IMG/VR virus record: IMGVR_UViG_3300032007_003791
Reading direction: 5' to 3' (one strand)
DNA from: a virus
Taxonomy: Duplodnaviria; Heunggongvirae; Uroviricota; Caudoviricetes
DNA: 64,000 bases
Below, piece after piece: positions 56,075 to 64,000 of this stretch (positions are counted from its first letter, which is position 1; the number at the start of each line of letters is the position of its first letter). The position numbers and the translations under genes were made by a program. The notes below the pieces were generated by a model. That model saw only the letters and a program-made list of their open reading frames with translations. It was not told where the DNA came from and searched no databases.

Positions 56075-57640
56075 TTATTCGCTTGCGCCGACAAGGTTTT
56101 TCTCTTTGTTCGCGACCTGGTTGAATTTAGCCCAGAGGGCTTCATCCTTGAATTCCAAGTGTACCGTGCCTTTCTTGAAGGTCTTGATGCGGAAGAAGGC
56201 GCTGTCGTGCCATCCCTGGTCGCCAACGCGGATGGTCGTAATGGCTGCATTGATGGTGTGGTTGGGTCCGGACTCTGCACGGAAATCATTTCCGTAGTGT
56301 CCCATGTTGTCGAGACTGTCAAAGTTCTTTCCAGAGAGCCAGCACATTGCTTTGTCGATGTCTTCGAGGCTGTTTCTTCGATAAGAAGATACAGAGAAAT
56401 AAGAGTTATAACCATATTTCTGCGGCATAAAGCCAGCGTCTACGCAGTTCGGAACGATAATCTTCCTGTTCGCCTTGTAACGTTTGTTGGTCTTCCAGCC
56501 TTCTTCGCAGTTGGTGTTACCTTCGTAGAATTTCGTGAAGAGGTCATATACGTCGGAGATGTTGTGGTCCATGATGTCTGAGAGGTTGAGCATGATGAAC
56601 TCGAAGAGTTTCATGATGTTCTCTTTCGTCAGGGCCATGGAGGATTGGGCGTCACGAAATTTGAAGAGGTTGTCACGGAGCGACGACGTCATGTATTTTC
56701 CAAGGTTGATTTCTTGGAAAATCATGTTCCATGCCTGTCGTTTTCCTTCCTCAACGAAAAAGTTGTAGGAATCCTCGATCGGTTCCCGGTCGTTCAGATG
56801 CAGGTGTTTCTCCAGCTCGGCCACGATGTCCGTCGACCTCTTATTCTTGTCGGCCTGCAGGAAAGACGACATGTAGAGTTTCAGCATCGTCCGCGCCTTG
56901 AGGTAATTGATGGCGGCTGCTTTCGCGAGGTCCCAGGAACGGATGAAGGCGTCCAGCCGGCTGGATTGCATGAGTGCGCCCTGCTCGCTGGCCATGGCAC
57001 CGAAATCCGGCATAGCCTCTTTCGTGAATCCGTCAAGGTCAATCTTGAATGGATCCTCCTTGGCTTCCTTGTGAAGGCGTATCATGGCGACGTCCACGTC
57101 GGTAGGGTTGTCCGCATTATGGAACACAGGACCGAGGAATTCGACGGAGCCGTTGGCTTCGATGAGGGAATGGAGGCGCTCACGTTCGCCGGTGCAAGTG
57201 TTGCGGACGGTCTCTGCGTTGAGAAGACAGACGATATCTCCGTTTTGAAGGATATCCCACGCATGGAGAAGATGTCTTGCGCCGGTCTTGAATGGCGGGT
57301 TCATTACCGCCAGGTCAAAGTGCGTATCCGGGTGAAAGGACAGGAAGTCCTCCGCCACCAGGCGATAGCCTTTACCGATGAGTAGGCTCTGCAGCTCCGG
57401 GTTGTGTTCGCAGGTGTAGATTTTCTCCCTGCGGGCTTTCATTTCCAGTTGCAGTGTTTCTCCGCGTTTGTTGGTGAACGGCTTCTTGACGCCTTCCTCT
57501 GTCAGGAAATCGACGATGGCTCCGCTCCCGGCGGATGGCTCGAGGATGGTCGCTTTTGGAAGGATGTCTGCATAGGGTTCCACCATCTTGGCGATGACGT
57601 CTTTCGGGGTGGGATAGAATTCGGGGTCAAATACGTTCAT
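56075..57640 (-). CDS. amino (N6-adenine or N4-cytosine) DNA methyltransferase with extended C-terminal domain, orphan
   Basis: 521 aa; motif I ILEPSAGSGA, motif IV NPPF (AVMNPPFK). Confidence 0.8.
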   Translation of the reverse strand: MNVFDPEFYPTPKDVIAKMVEPYADILPKATILEPSAGSGAIVDFLTEEGVKKPFTNKRGETLQLEMKARREKIYTCEHNPELQSLLIGKGYRLVAEDFLSFHPDTHFDLAVMNPPFKTGARHLLHAWDILQNGDIVCLLNAETVRNTCTGERERLHSLIEANGSVEFLGPVFHNADNPTDVDVAMIRLHKEAKEDPFKIDLDGFTKEAMPDFGAMASEQGALMQSSRLDAFIRSWDLAKAAAINYLKARTMLKLYMSSFLQADKNKRSTDIVAELEKHLHLNDREPIEDSYNFFVEEGKRQAWNMIFQEINLGKYMTSSLRDNLFKFRDAQSSMALTKENIMKLFEFIMLNLSDIMDHNISDVYDLFTKFYEGNTNCEEGWKTNKRYKANRKIIVPNCVDAGFMPQKYGYNSYFSVSSYRRNSLEDIDKAMCWLSGKNFDSLDNMGHYGNDFRAESGPNHTINAAITTIRVGDQGWHDSAFFRIKTFKKGTVHLEFKDEALWAKFNQVANKEKNLVGASE

Positions 57641-57654
57641 GGTCGTGTGATTTT

Positions 57655-58935
57655 TTATTGTTCGTCGGGGCCTTCGTTCGCTTCCCTTCGTGCGCGGGCT
57701 TCTTCGAAAGCGGCCTTCATCGTAGGGTTCCCACGGGTGAGCCGTTTGATGGTGAGGTCCTCGGCCTTGTTGTTGGCAAGGCGGAGGTTGTTTTCTGATT
57801 TCATGAGGTTCTCCTTGATGGCCTCCAGGTGTTTGATGGACACGTCGATCTCTTCGATGGCTTTCTTGAACTGGCGGCTTGCAAGGTCGTAGTTCCTGCC
57901 AAACCCGTCCCGGAAGGCGAGGAGCTGCTCTTCGAAGTTGGTCACGTCGACGGACTGCTGCCGTGCGGCGAAGAGCTGCTTCTTTGCGTCGGCGGCGTTC
58001 TTGGAGGTCTGCACGAGGAGGGTGATGATGGAGATGAAGTTATCAGGACGGATGACGTACATCTTCTGATACCCGGGAGCGACGACGATGCCGTTGTTGT
58101 ACAGGTCGTTGTCGGGTTCCAGCATGGAAACGAGGATGGCGTATTCACACTTCTTCTTTTTCCTGTCACGGTCCAGCTTCTCGAAGAAATCCGCGTTGTG
58201 GTGCCTGGTGGAGGAGGTTTCGCTTTCATTCTTCATCTCGAACATGATGGAGAGATATTCCACTTCTCCGTCTTTAGCTCGGAAGATGAAGTCACCCTTG
58301 GTTCCTTTCGCTTCACCTTCTTCCCGGATGGCGTCGTTGTCTTTTTCGAATGTCGCATCCGGCATGACGGGAAGGAGTGTCTGGTTGTACAGGGTGAAGC
58401 AGTGCTGCTCCAGGTCTTCGCCCAGAAGCTTGACGGTCCGTTTGGCCTTGAACTCACGGTAGAACGCCACTTCCTTGTCTTTGGCTTCCAGTTCGAGCCG
58501 GTGCTGCTCGATGAGGGCGTTTTCCTTGTTCTGGGCCTCTTTCTTGAAAAGCTCGATGTCGGCGTTCAGGCGGAAAATCGTCTCTGCCTTTTTCTGAATC
58601 TCGTTATCCTTGATCTGGAGAGCCTGGACGGTTTTTTGACGTTCATCCAGGCGTGCGAGTTCGATTTCGTTTTGCTTTGCCTTTTCGAGGCCGGCGAGTT
58701 TCTCGCGTAACTGGATATTCTCGGAGGCTTTCTGTGTAAGGACTCTTTCATGTTCGGACCTCAGGGCTGTGAGCTGCTGGGCCTCTTCGGATTCGTAAAG
58801 CCGTTTGGCGTCGGCGACGCGCCGGGAGAGCTCGGCATTGAATTCTTCGTTCCTTACTTGGGTGACGATGGCGGCGTAGTCGGACTCATCGACGGAGATG
58901 GAGCAGCCGCACTTGGGACATTTGATTTCTTTCAT
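57655..58935 (-). CDS. DUF2130-like protein (N-terminal zinc ribbon, long coiled coil)
   Basis: 426 aa; CPKCGC at the N-terminus, extended Glu/Lys/Leu-rich coiled coil, C-terminal globular domain. Confidence 0.55.
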   Translation of the reverse strand: MKEIKCPKCGCSISVDESDYAAIVTQVRNEEFNAELSRRVADAKRLYESEEAQQLTALRSEHERVLTQKASENIQLREKLAGLEKAKQNEIELARLDERQKTVQALQIKDNEIQKKAETIFRLNADIELFKKEAQNKENALIEQHRLELEAKDKEVAFYREFKAKRTVKLLGEDLEQHCFTLYNQTLLPVMPDATFEKDNDAIREEGEAKGTKGDFIFRAKDGEVEYLSIMFEMKNESETSSTRHHNADFFEKLDRDRKKKKCEYAILVSMLEPDNDLYNNGIVVAPGYQKMYVIRPDNFISIITLLVQTSKNAADAKKQLFAARQQSVDVTNFEEQLLAFRDGFGRNYDLASRQFKKAIEEIDVSIKHLEAIKENLMKSENNLRLANNKAEDLTIKRLTRGNPTMKAAFEEARARREANEGPDEQ

Positions 58936-58945
58936 GGTGTCAATT

Positions 58946-60634
58946 CTACGATGCGTTGAGTTGCCGGTGCCAGCGTTCGATGAATTCGGTCATGGCGCGG
59001 TTGCGGATGACCTGGTTATGGGCAAGGTACTTCTGCCGGATGGTCTTGCAGTCGGGCGACAGCTCGATGGTGACAAGGCTTCTTTCTGGATGGGCCGTCT
59101 CGCGCATGGTGAAGATACGGCTCTGGCCGGAGGCGATGCGGTCGGCGTAGGACGCTACGCAGTTATCTTGCTGGATAGCTTCGTCCAGGAGGTCGTTGTA
59201 CTCGGTGATAGGCCGCACGAAATAGATGTTCTCGTGGTACTCGGCACGGGCGAGCTTGGAGTTGCCCTCCTCGATTTCACGCTGTTCCTGCTCCTTGCGT
59301 TTGCGCATCTTTTCTTCTGCTTCGCGGTTGCGCTGCTCCCGGATGAGCCGGGCTGCGATGTCGTGCTCCCGTTTGAGGGAGTCGCCGTCGATACGGGGCG
59401 GCATGTTGAGGGAGTGGCACATGTGCAGGTAGTCGTTCAGCAGTTGCAGCGCTTCGGTGGTGGAGATGGCTTCGTACATGTCCAGCCGGTTGAGGTAATT
59501 GACAAGTGAAGCGACGGTGAAGATGGGCTTGTCGTTCCTCTTCTGGCCAAGGATACTGTTGAGCGTATCGAGGTCCTTGGGACTGAGGCCCATCTGATAG
59601 ACCATCAGGATGGAGTCGCCGGTAATTTGGTCCTTCTTGTCCAGACGGCGGATGGTATCCCATATCTGCAGGTCCTTCTCGTCCTTGAGAACGGTATAGA
59701 CCGTCTTGGAGCATTTGAAGATGTCCTTCGGCTTGGTGCCGGGACCGCACAGACGGTTGAAGTTGTCAATGGCTTTTTCGTCAATGAACTGGGTGGGGTT
59801 GAGGAACCTTTCCGCCACGGCAGTGAAGCCTGCCTTGTAAAGCGTTTCCAGCCAGGGGGCGGCAAGGTATCGTTTGAGGTTGAAGGAGGGGTTCTGCAGA
59901 AGCCAGTCTTTAATCCACGGGCGCACGGAAAGGACAATCTGGTGGAGCTTGCCTTCCGGCTGGATGAATTGAAGGTCTTTGATGAACTTGGCGGGAATGA
60001 AGGCTTTTCCGCTGGAGATTTCATCCACTATGCCTACACCCTGGTCGTTGCTACTCTTGATAACGGACAGTTTGATATTGACCGGAGTGATTAGCAGCTC
60101 AGCATTCTGTTCGGAGATGTAAGCGAAGTTGATGTCGATTTTCTGTGAATAATTGGTGTCGTAGTACCGTTGATAATCTTGTTTGCTGTATAGGGTTTTC
60201 GCTTCGTCCCTTGTCTCCCAGTCATGGGTAGTGAACTGGATCCTGTCTTTGGTGGCGCAGGACCAGGCGGCGTAGTTTGTTCGGTTTCCGTATGGGCTGT
60301 ATGGATGTTCTTCTCGGTTGATGTTGAATACATTTACACCGATGCATTCGAGAAGGGACCGGAAGTCCTTGTTTTCGATGGCGTCGTTGAGCGTTCTGCG
60401 GAATGCTGCGTAGGCGGGTTCCGCAGTGATTGCGGCGATACGCTCCTTGGGGGTAAGCTGTTTCGGTTTCGGCTTGGCGGTATTGATTACCACCGGTTTC
60501 GCCTGAACCGCAGCGGGGACGTTTACCGGAATAGTGATTGTGATTGGGGCTTCAGCCGTTTCAGGGCTGGCCGTGGGTTCGAACAAATCGAAAAGCGAGA
60601 GCTGTTCAGGCTCTCTTGTTGCGATTGTAGGCAT
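58946..60634 (-). CDS. PcfJ-like protein
   Basis: Start trimmed to [11 protein letters not shown]; C-terminal block [39 protein letters not shown]...SLVTIELSP typical of PcfJ-like proteins of conjugative elements. Confidence 0.55.
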   Translation of the reverse strand: MPTIATREPEQLSLFDLFEPTASPETAEAPITITIPVNVPAAVQAKPVVINTAKPKPKQLTPKERIAAITAEPAYAAFRRTLNDAIENKDFRSLLECIGVNVFNINREEHPYSPYGNRTNYAAWSCATKDRIQFTTHDWETRDEAKTLYSKQDYQRYYDTNYSQKIDINFAYISEQNAELLITPVNIKLSVIKSSNDQGVGIVDEISSGKAFIPAKFIKDLQFIQPEGKLHQIVLSVRPWIKDWLLQNPSFNLKRYLAAPWLETLYKAGFTAVAERFLNPTQFIDEKAIDNFNRLCGPGTKPKDIFKCSKTVYTVLKDEKDLQIWDTIRRLDKKDQITGDSILMVYQMGLSPKDLDTLNSILGQKRNDKPIFTVASLVNYLNRLDMYEAISTTEALQLLNDYLHMCHSLNMPPRIDGDSLKREHDIAARLIREQRNREAEEKMRKRKEQEQREIEEGNSKLARAEYHENIYFVRPITEYNDLLDEAIQQDNCVASYADRIASGQSRIFTMRETAHPERSLVTIELSPDCKTIRQKYLAHNQVIRNRAMTEFIERWHRQLNAS

Positions 60635-60669
60635 GTTGTTTTGGATTTGGATTGTTTGATGTGAAGACT

Positions 60670-61383
60670 CTATTCTGATTTTACATCGTCGAAGTCCTGG
60701 TTCTCGGCGAGGACGGGGATACCTTCTCCTTTGGAGTATTCGATAACTCCGGTGAGCATTTCCAGGACATAGACACACTCGTTAGTCGATAGTTCGTCAA
60801 GAGAGCTTTGTCCATAATAGCCGGCTTCGTTCTCGGACATACTGAGCATGACTTTCTCGTTTTCAAAGGTCAGACTATCCAGTTCCAACGCTATTCCGTA
60901 ACCGTTTTTGTCGCAGTTGTAGAATAGGTAATTGTCGACATACCCCTCGCCAGTATACGGCAGAAAGTTCACCGACGTAAGGTTGTTTTCTTTCAGGAGG
61001 TTGATGATGGATTCACGGGTTTTCTTTGCCAATTGGTTGAGTTGGTCATAATAGTTTTCAATAAGGGAGTCCGTTTCATCAGGTGCTGGTTCTGCTGCAT
61101 TTTGTGGTTTGTTGTTCATGCGATGGATGAAAATCAACATCGGAGTGAATAACACGGCTTCGATTATCAGGAGTATCACTCCCACGATGATGGGCTTGTC
61201 AAGGAAAAGACTGAAAACGGTTGCGAACGCTGTCAGCATGAACAGTCCTAAAAGGAGGAAGAGGTTCCCCATAAAACGGATTTTGTTTTTCAGGAACGTA
61301 ATCCCGGATGTGATTCCGTCGTAAGAGAGAGCGAACAGGATGAGGAGTGTAATAAACTGGATGGGTGTGAATGAAAGAATCAT
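60670..61383 (-). CDS. hypothetical membrane protein
   Basis: 237 aa; 3-4 predicted N-terminal TM helices. Confidence 0.5.
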   Translation of the reverse strand: MILSFTPIQFITLLILFALSYDGITSGITFLKNKIRFMGNLFLLLGLFMLTAFATVFSLFLDKPIIVGVILLIIEAVLFTPMLIFIHRMNNKPQNAAEPAPDETDSLIENYYDQLNQLAKKTRESIINLLKENNLTSVNFLPYTGEGYVDNYLFYNCDKNGYGIALELDSLTFENEKVMLSMSENEAGYYGQSSLDELSTNECVYVLEMLTGVIEYSKGEGIPVLAENQDFDDVKSE

Positions 61384-61494
61384 GGTTTTGTGAAGTTGGA
61401 GTTGGTTGTTTTACATGAGACATTTTTCTGCGCATTCCTGCAGGATGGATTTGTTCTTGTGCTCGAAACCTCTTGCAAAATCTTCCACGAGTGT

Positions 61495-61917
61495 TTAATA
61501 TTCGATTTGCGGGAGCTTGTACAGGACAAGTTCCGCTGTGACGGATTCCATATCGGGAAGGAGTTCGTGGAGAACGAGACCAAGGTACTCCTTGAGTTCC
61601 GGGAGGCCCTGTTTCTTTCCAATCTTGAAATAATGTCGTTCACGGGGCTTGCTGTCAAAGATGCCGTAAGTCACTTTGTCGTGGAACTTGAATTTCTCCG
61701 CTCCTGATGGGATGTATGCGACATCGAAGTTATGCCCTTTGCTTTCTTCTTCCGGGCAGCTGATTTCAATGGAGACCGACGTCTTGGTTTGATGGCGAAC
61801 AACGAAGCTGACCGTCCCGGTTCGCCGGATGCCTTCTTTCAGTTTTCCTACGTTGGCAAAGACGTAGGAAGAGACGCAGAGGCTGTTTTCTCTTCGGGTG
61901 TTCCAGGTGATATTCAT
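61495..61917 (-). CDS. hypothetical protein
   Basis: 140 aa ORF. Confidence 0.4.
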   Translation of the reverse strand: MNITWNTRRENSLCVSSYVFANVGKLKEGIRRTGTVSFVVRHQTKTSVSIEISCPEEESKGHNFDVAYIPSGAEKFKFHDKVTYGIFDSKPRERHYFKIGKKQGLPELKEYLGLVLHELLPDMESVTAELVLYKLPQIEY

Positions 61918-61932
61918 TTCTTGTCAGTTTGT

Positions 61933-62448
61933 TTAGTTGATGATTGGTATATTGTTTTTCTTTGCGAAACTGCAAAGTTTTTGGATTAGTTCGCCGTCAG
62001 CGATGTCGTAGCAGAAGGCACACGAGTACTTGTCGAGATTGCCGTGGAAACGGCCCTGACCGTCTTCGTTAAGGATGATTTCCGTCATGTCATTAAAGGC
62101 GTAGCCTTTTGATTTGACCCAGTCGATGAATTCCAGTGGGCTCAGGCCGTGTACTTCTTTTGACTGCCAGAACCATGTGTGGTTTCTGTCAAACCATTTA
62201 CCGTCATGCGCCTTGAGCTGTTCAACAAAATTTTCGATTTCTTTGGATTGTTCTTCGATGTCTCTGACGATGTAATGGTCGTTCTTTTTGTGGGTTTCCA
62301 TCACGTCGGAAATCTTGCCGAGAAGGAAGACCTCTTTCCCGTTAGGAAGAAGGCAGTAGACAGGTGTCCGTATGATTGTTGCTCCGTACCATCCGGAGTA
62401 ATCAGGAGCGCAAGGGGCTTTTTCGATGATTTTATACATAGAAATCAA
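61933..62448 (-). CDS. hypothetical protein
   Basis: 171 aa ORF. Confidence 0.4.
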   Translation of the reverse strand: MISMYKIIEKAPCAPDYSGWYGATIIRTPVYCLLPNGKEVFLLGKISDVMETHKKNDHYIVRDIEEQSKEIENFVEQLKAHDGKWFDRNHTWFWQSKEVHGLSPLEFIDWVKSKGYAFNDMTEIILNEDGQGRFHGNLDKYSCAFCYDIADGELIQKLCSFAKKNNIPIIN

Positions 62449-62764
62449 TGAGTTTCAGGTTGTTAACGCGTTCCATGTTGAACTGCATTTCGTCTTTGTC
62501 TTTCGTGCAGGTGATGCGGTAGTTGAACCGGTTGCCCCAGAGGTTTTTTGCTGAGTCCAGCCCTTTGTCACGGAGTTCGTTTCCAGAGTAGATGTAGGAA
62601 TGCATTCCGCTGACCATCCAGTAGAGGGTGTCGCCTTTGTGCATTTTTCCGACAATCGTGCAGTCTAAGAAAAGGTCGCTTTCCATGCTCTCCATGTATT
62701 TAGCACCGTAACGGATGATGAACATGCGGAGCTGAGACAAGGTGATGTCGTTGTGGTTTTCCAT
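62432..62764 (-). CDS. hypothetical protein
   Basis: 110 aa ORF. Confidence 0.4.
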   Translation of the reverse strand: MENHNDITLSQLRMFIIRYGAKYMESMESDLFLDCTIVGKMHKGDTLYWMVSGMHSYIYSGNELRDKGLDSAKNLWGNRFNYRITCTKDKDEMQFNMERVNNLKLIDFYV

Positions 62765-62765
62765 T

Positions 62766-63485
62766 TTAAATGATGTCTTTTAGGAATATTTCAATATCGA
62801 AGTAGTCTTTTTCATTGGCGAGTTGAAAGAAGATTTTCCTTATCTTTTTCAAGGCTTTATCCATTATTTGTCTCGTCCTTTCTTTTGTCAGTCCGAAATA
62901 AAATCCTATATCTTCGAAGCATTCCGGCATGATGTGTCTTTCTTCGTTTCCGAAATAGTACCATTCGATGATAGCTGCTTCCCGGTCAGAAAGGAAATAG
63001 TGAATGTATCGGAGAAGTTGTTCTTTGTCTACGGATTGTTCCGTCTCTTGCGGAAACATTTCTTCATCAAACTGTATGAAAGAGCATTTGTTCTCGATGA
63101 TACTGAGTTTGCTTGCAGCTCCTACTTGTCCCAGCATCTTGAAATACATACCGTTTTGAAAATTCGCCTGACGGTAATCGTCTTCATCTTGAAGGGAGAG
63201 GATGTGCTTCGCGAGAGCCGAAAGACAAATCTGATAGTACTCTTCCTTTCTATTGCCAAGGCCGTAGTAGTCACAATAGATTTCGGAAATATACTTTGCA
63301 TACGGAAGGTTGTTCTCCGCAAGGAGGTTCTGCAACCTTTTTCTTTCTTCCCCTTGGGCACTTTGAAGACGCTTGAGGAGTTTGCGGTTCCTGGACCGCA
63401 TTCCCCTCAGTCCGTATTTTTCTTTGTAGCCCGGTACAAGGGATGAGTAATAAACCCAATCGGTTTTGACAACAGTTGTAGGCAT
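62766..63485 (-). CDS. sigma-70-family (ECF-like) RNA polymerase sigma factor
   Basis: Start trimmed to MPTTVVKTD; C-terminal region-4-like HTH ERTRQIMDKALKKIRK. Confidence 0.5.
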   Translation of the reverse strand: MPTTVVKTDWVYYSSLVPGYKEKYGLRGMRSRNRKLLKRLQSAQGEERKRLQNLLAENNLPYAKYISEIYCDYYGLGNRKEEYYQICLSALAKHILSLQDEDDYRQANFQNGMYFKMLGQVGAASKLSIIENKCSFIQFDEEMFPQETEQSVDKEQLLRYIHYFLSDREAAIIEWYYFGNEERHIMPECFEDIGFYFGLTKERTRQIMDKALKKIRKIFFQLANEKDYFDIEIFLKDII

Positions 63486-63519
63486 AGATGCAGTAACTTT
63501 GTAAAGAAATTTACCCCTG

Positions 63520-63746
63520 CGCAGTGAGCTTGCGAACGAAGTCTGGGGGAAATTTCGGAACAAAATGTACTGCATCGGACTTCCAATGCAGTAAGCACGA
63601 CGGAAAGAAAAAATGACCGCAAGGCCCCTTGTGGGGCCGCAGCCCGTCAGGGGCGCAGGACACGGCTCTGCCGTGGACGGCGACGGCCCGTTATTTTGTT
63701 TCCGAGTGCGCAGCGCGTTGGAAGGGGGAAGACATTGCCGTTAGGC
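63520..63746. repeat. intergenic repeat family B, copy 2
   Basis: See copy 1 (40360-40578). The closing stem is partly compensated (ccaatgcag.../...gcgcgttgg). Confidence 0.65.
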
Positions 63747-63779
63747 ATAGGCTCAAAGGGGTTCAAGCTTGCTCATCGT

Positions 63780-64000
63780 CCAGGTTTTCGTGTTCGATGT
63801 CACCCCATTCTTCTTCGTTGAGCTCGGCGATGGTTTTGTTTACTTCGTCCAGTTGCGCGTATTGGCGGGCAATCTGGTTTTCTTTCTTGGTGATCTGGTC
63901 ATTGAGGACCTTAATCTCGTTTTCAAGTGTCCGAATGGCTTTCCTGATGACGGCGGCAGCGTTTTCTTGCTTGTTGATTTTCTTGCGGAGCTTCTTGTTC
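63780..64000 (-). CDS. hypothetical coiled-coil protein, 5'-partial (truncated by window end)
   Basis: Open minus-strand frame to the window edge; C-terminus ...LNEEEWGDIEHENLDDEQA. Confidence 0.4.

Noticed and set aside
35700-63760. Possible CRISPR array formed by the repeated intergenic elements
   Set aside because: The repeats are 200-235 bp, internally structured, separated by 8-23 kb of genes, and not short direct repeats with regular spacers. No cas genes are present.

Overview
The window looks like an accessory-rich stretch of an integrative mobilizable or conjugative element. Its gene content suggests a Bacteroidota-type element, but that is inference from gene content only. Coding density is high (about 85 ORFs) and nearly everything from 19.7 kb to 64 kb is on the minus strand.

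The mobility backbone comprises topoisomerase III, a VirD4-like coupling protein, a MOB relaxase, a MobA-like RHH protein, a candidate oriT with an iteron array, and a divergent ParA/DUF3408-like operon. An anaerobic class III ribonucleotide reductase (NrdD) sits as cargo inside the mob cluster.

Three OMEGA-type RNA-guided nuclease genes are present:
- an IscB with a PLMP motif, split RuvC and HNH, inside a TnpA-less IS200/IS605-like element with matching left-end/right-end (LE/RE) hairpins and an upstream region where the guide RNA scaffold (omegaRNA) is expected;
- a complete IS605-type tnpA-tnpB element, inserted into a G-rich noncoding tract, whose TnpA has HVR in place of the HUH motif;
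- a solo TnpB whose RE hairpin resembles the IscB RE.

A second block holds likely anti-restriction and defence genes: an orphan C5 and an orphan amino DNA methyltransferase, RadC/JAB, a PRTase, three short SSB paralogs, RNase H, ComM, a DprA/SLOG-like protein, a MoxR-AAA plus VWA pair, an SPFH / radical-SAM / PAPS-reductase-like cluster, and an AT-rich AbiEii toxin/antitoxin island.

The least explained content is non-coding. Two G-skewed gene-free tracts of about 1.2-1.7 kb are full of hairpins and recurring GGGCCCC boxes. Two families of conserved, hairpin-rich intergenic repeats (A with 3 copies, B with 2-3 copies) show compensatory base changes and sit in the 5' regions of minus-strand genes. 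No CRISPR array, rRNA or tRNA was seen.
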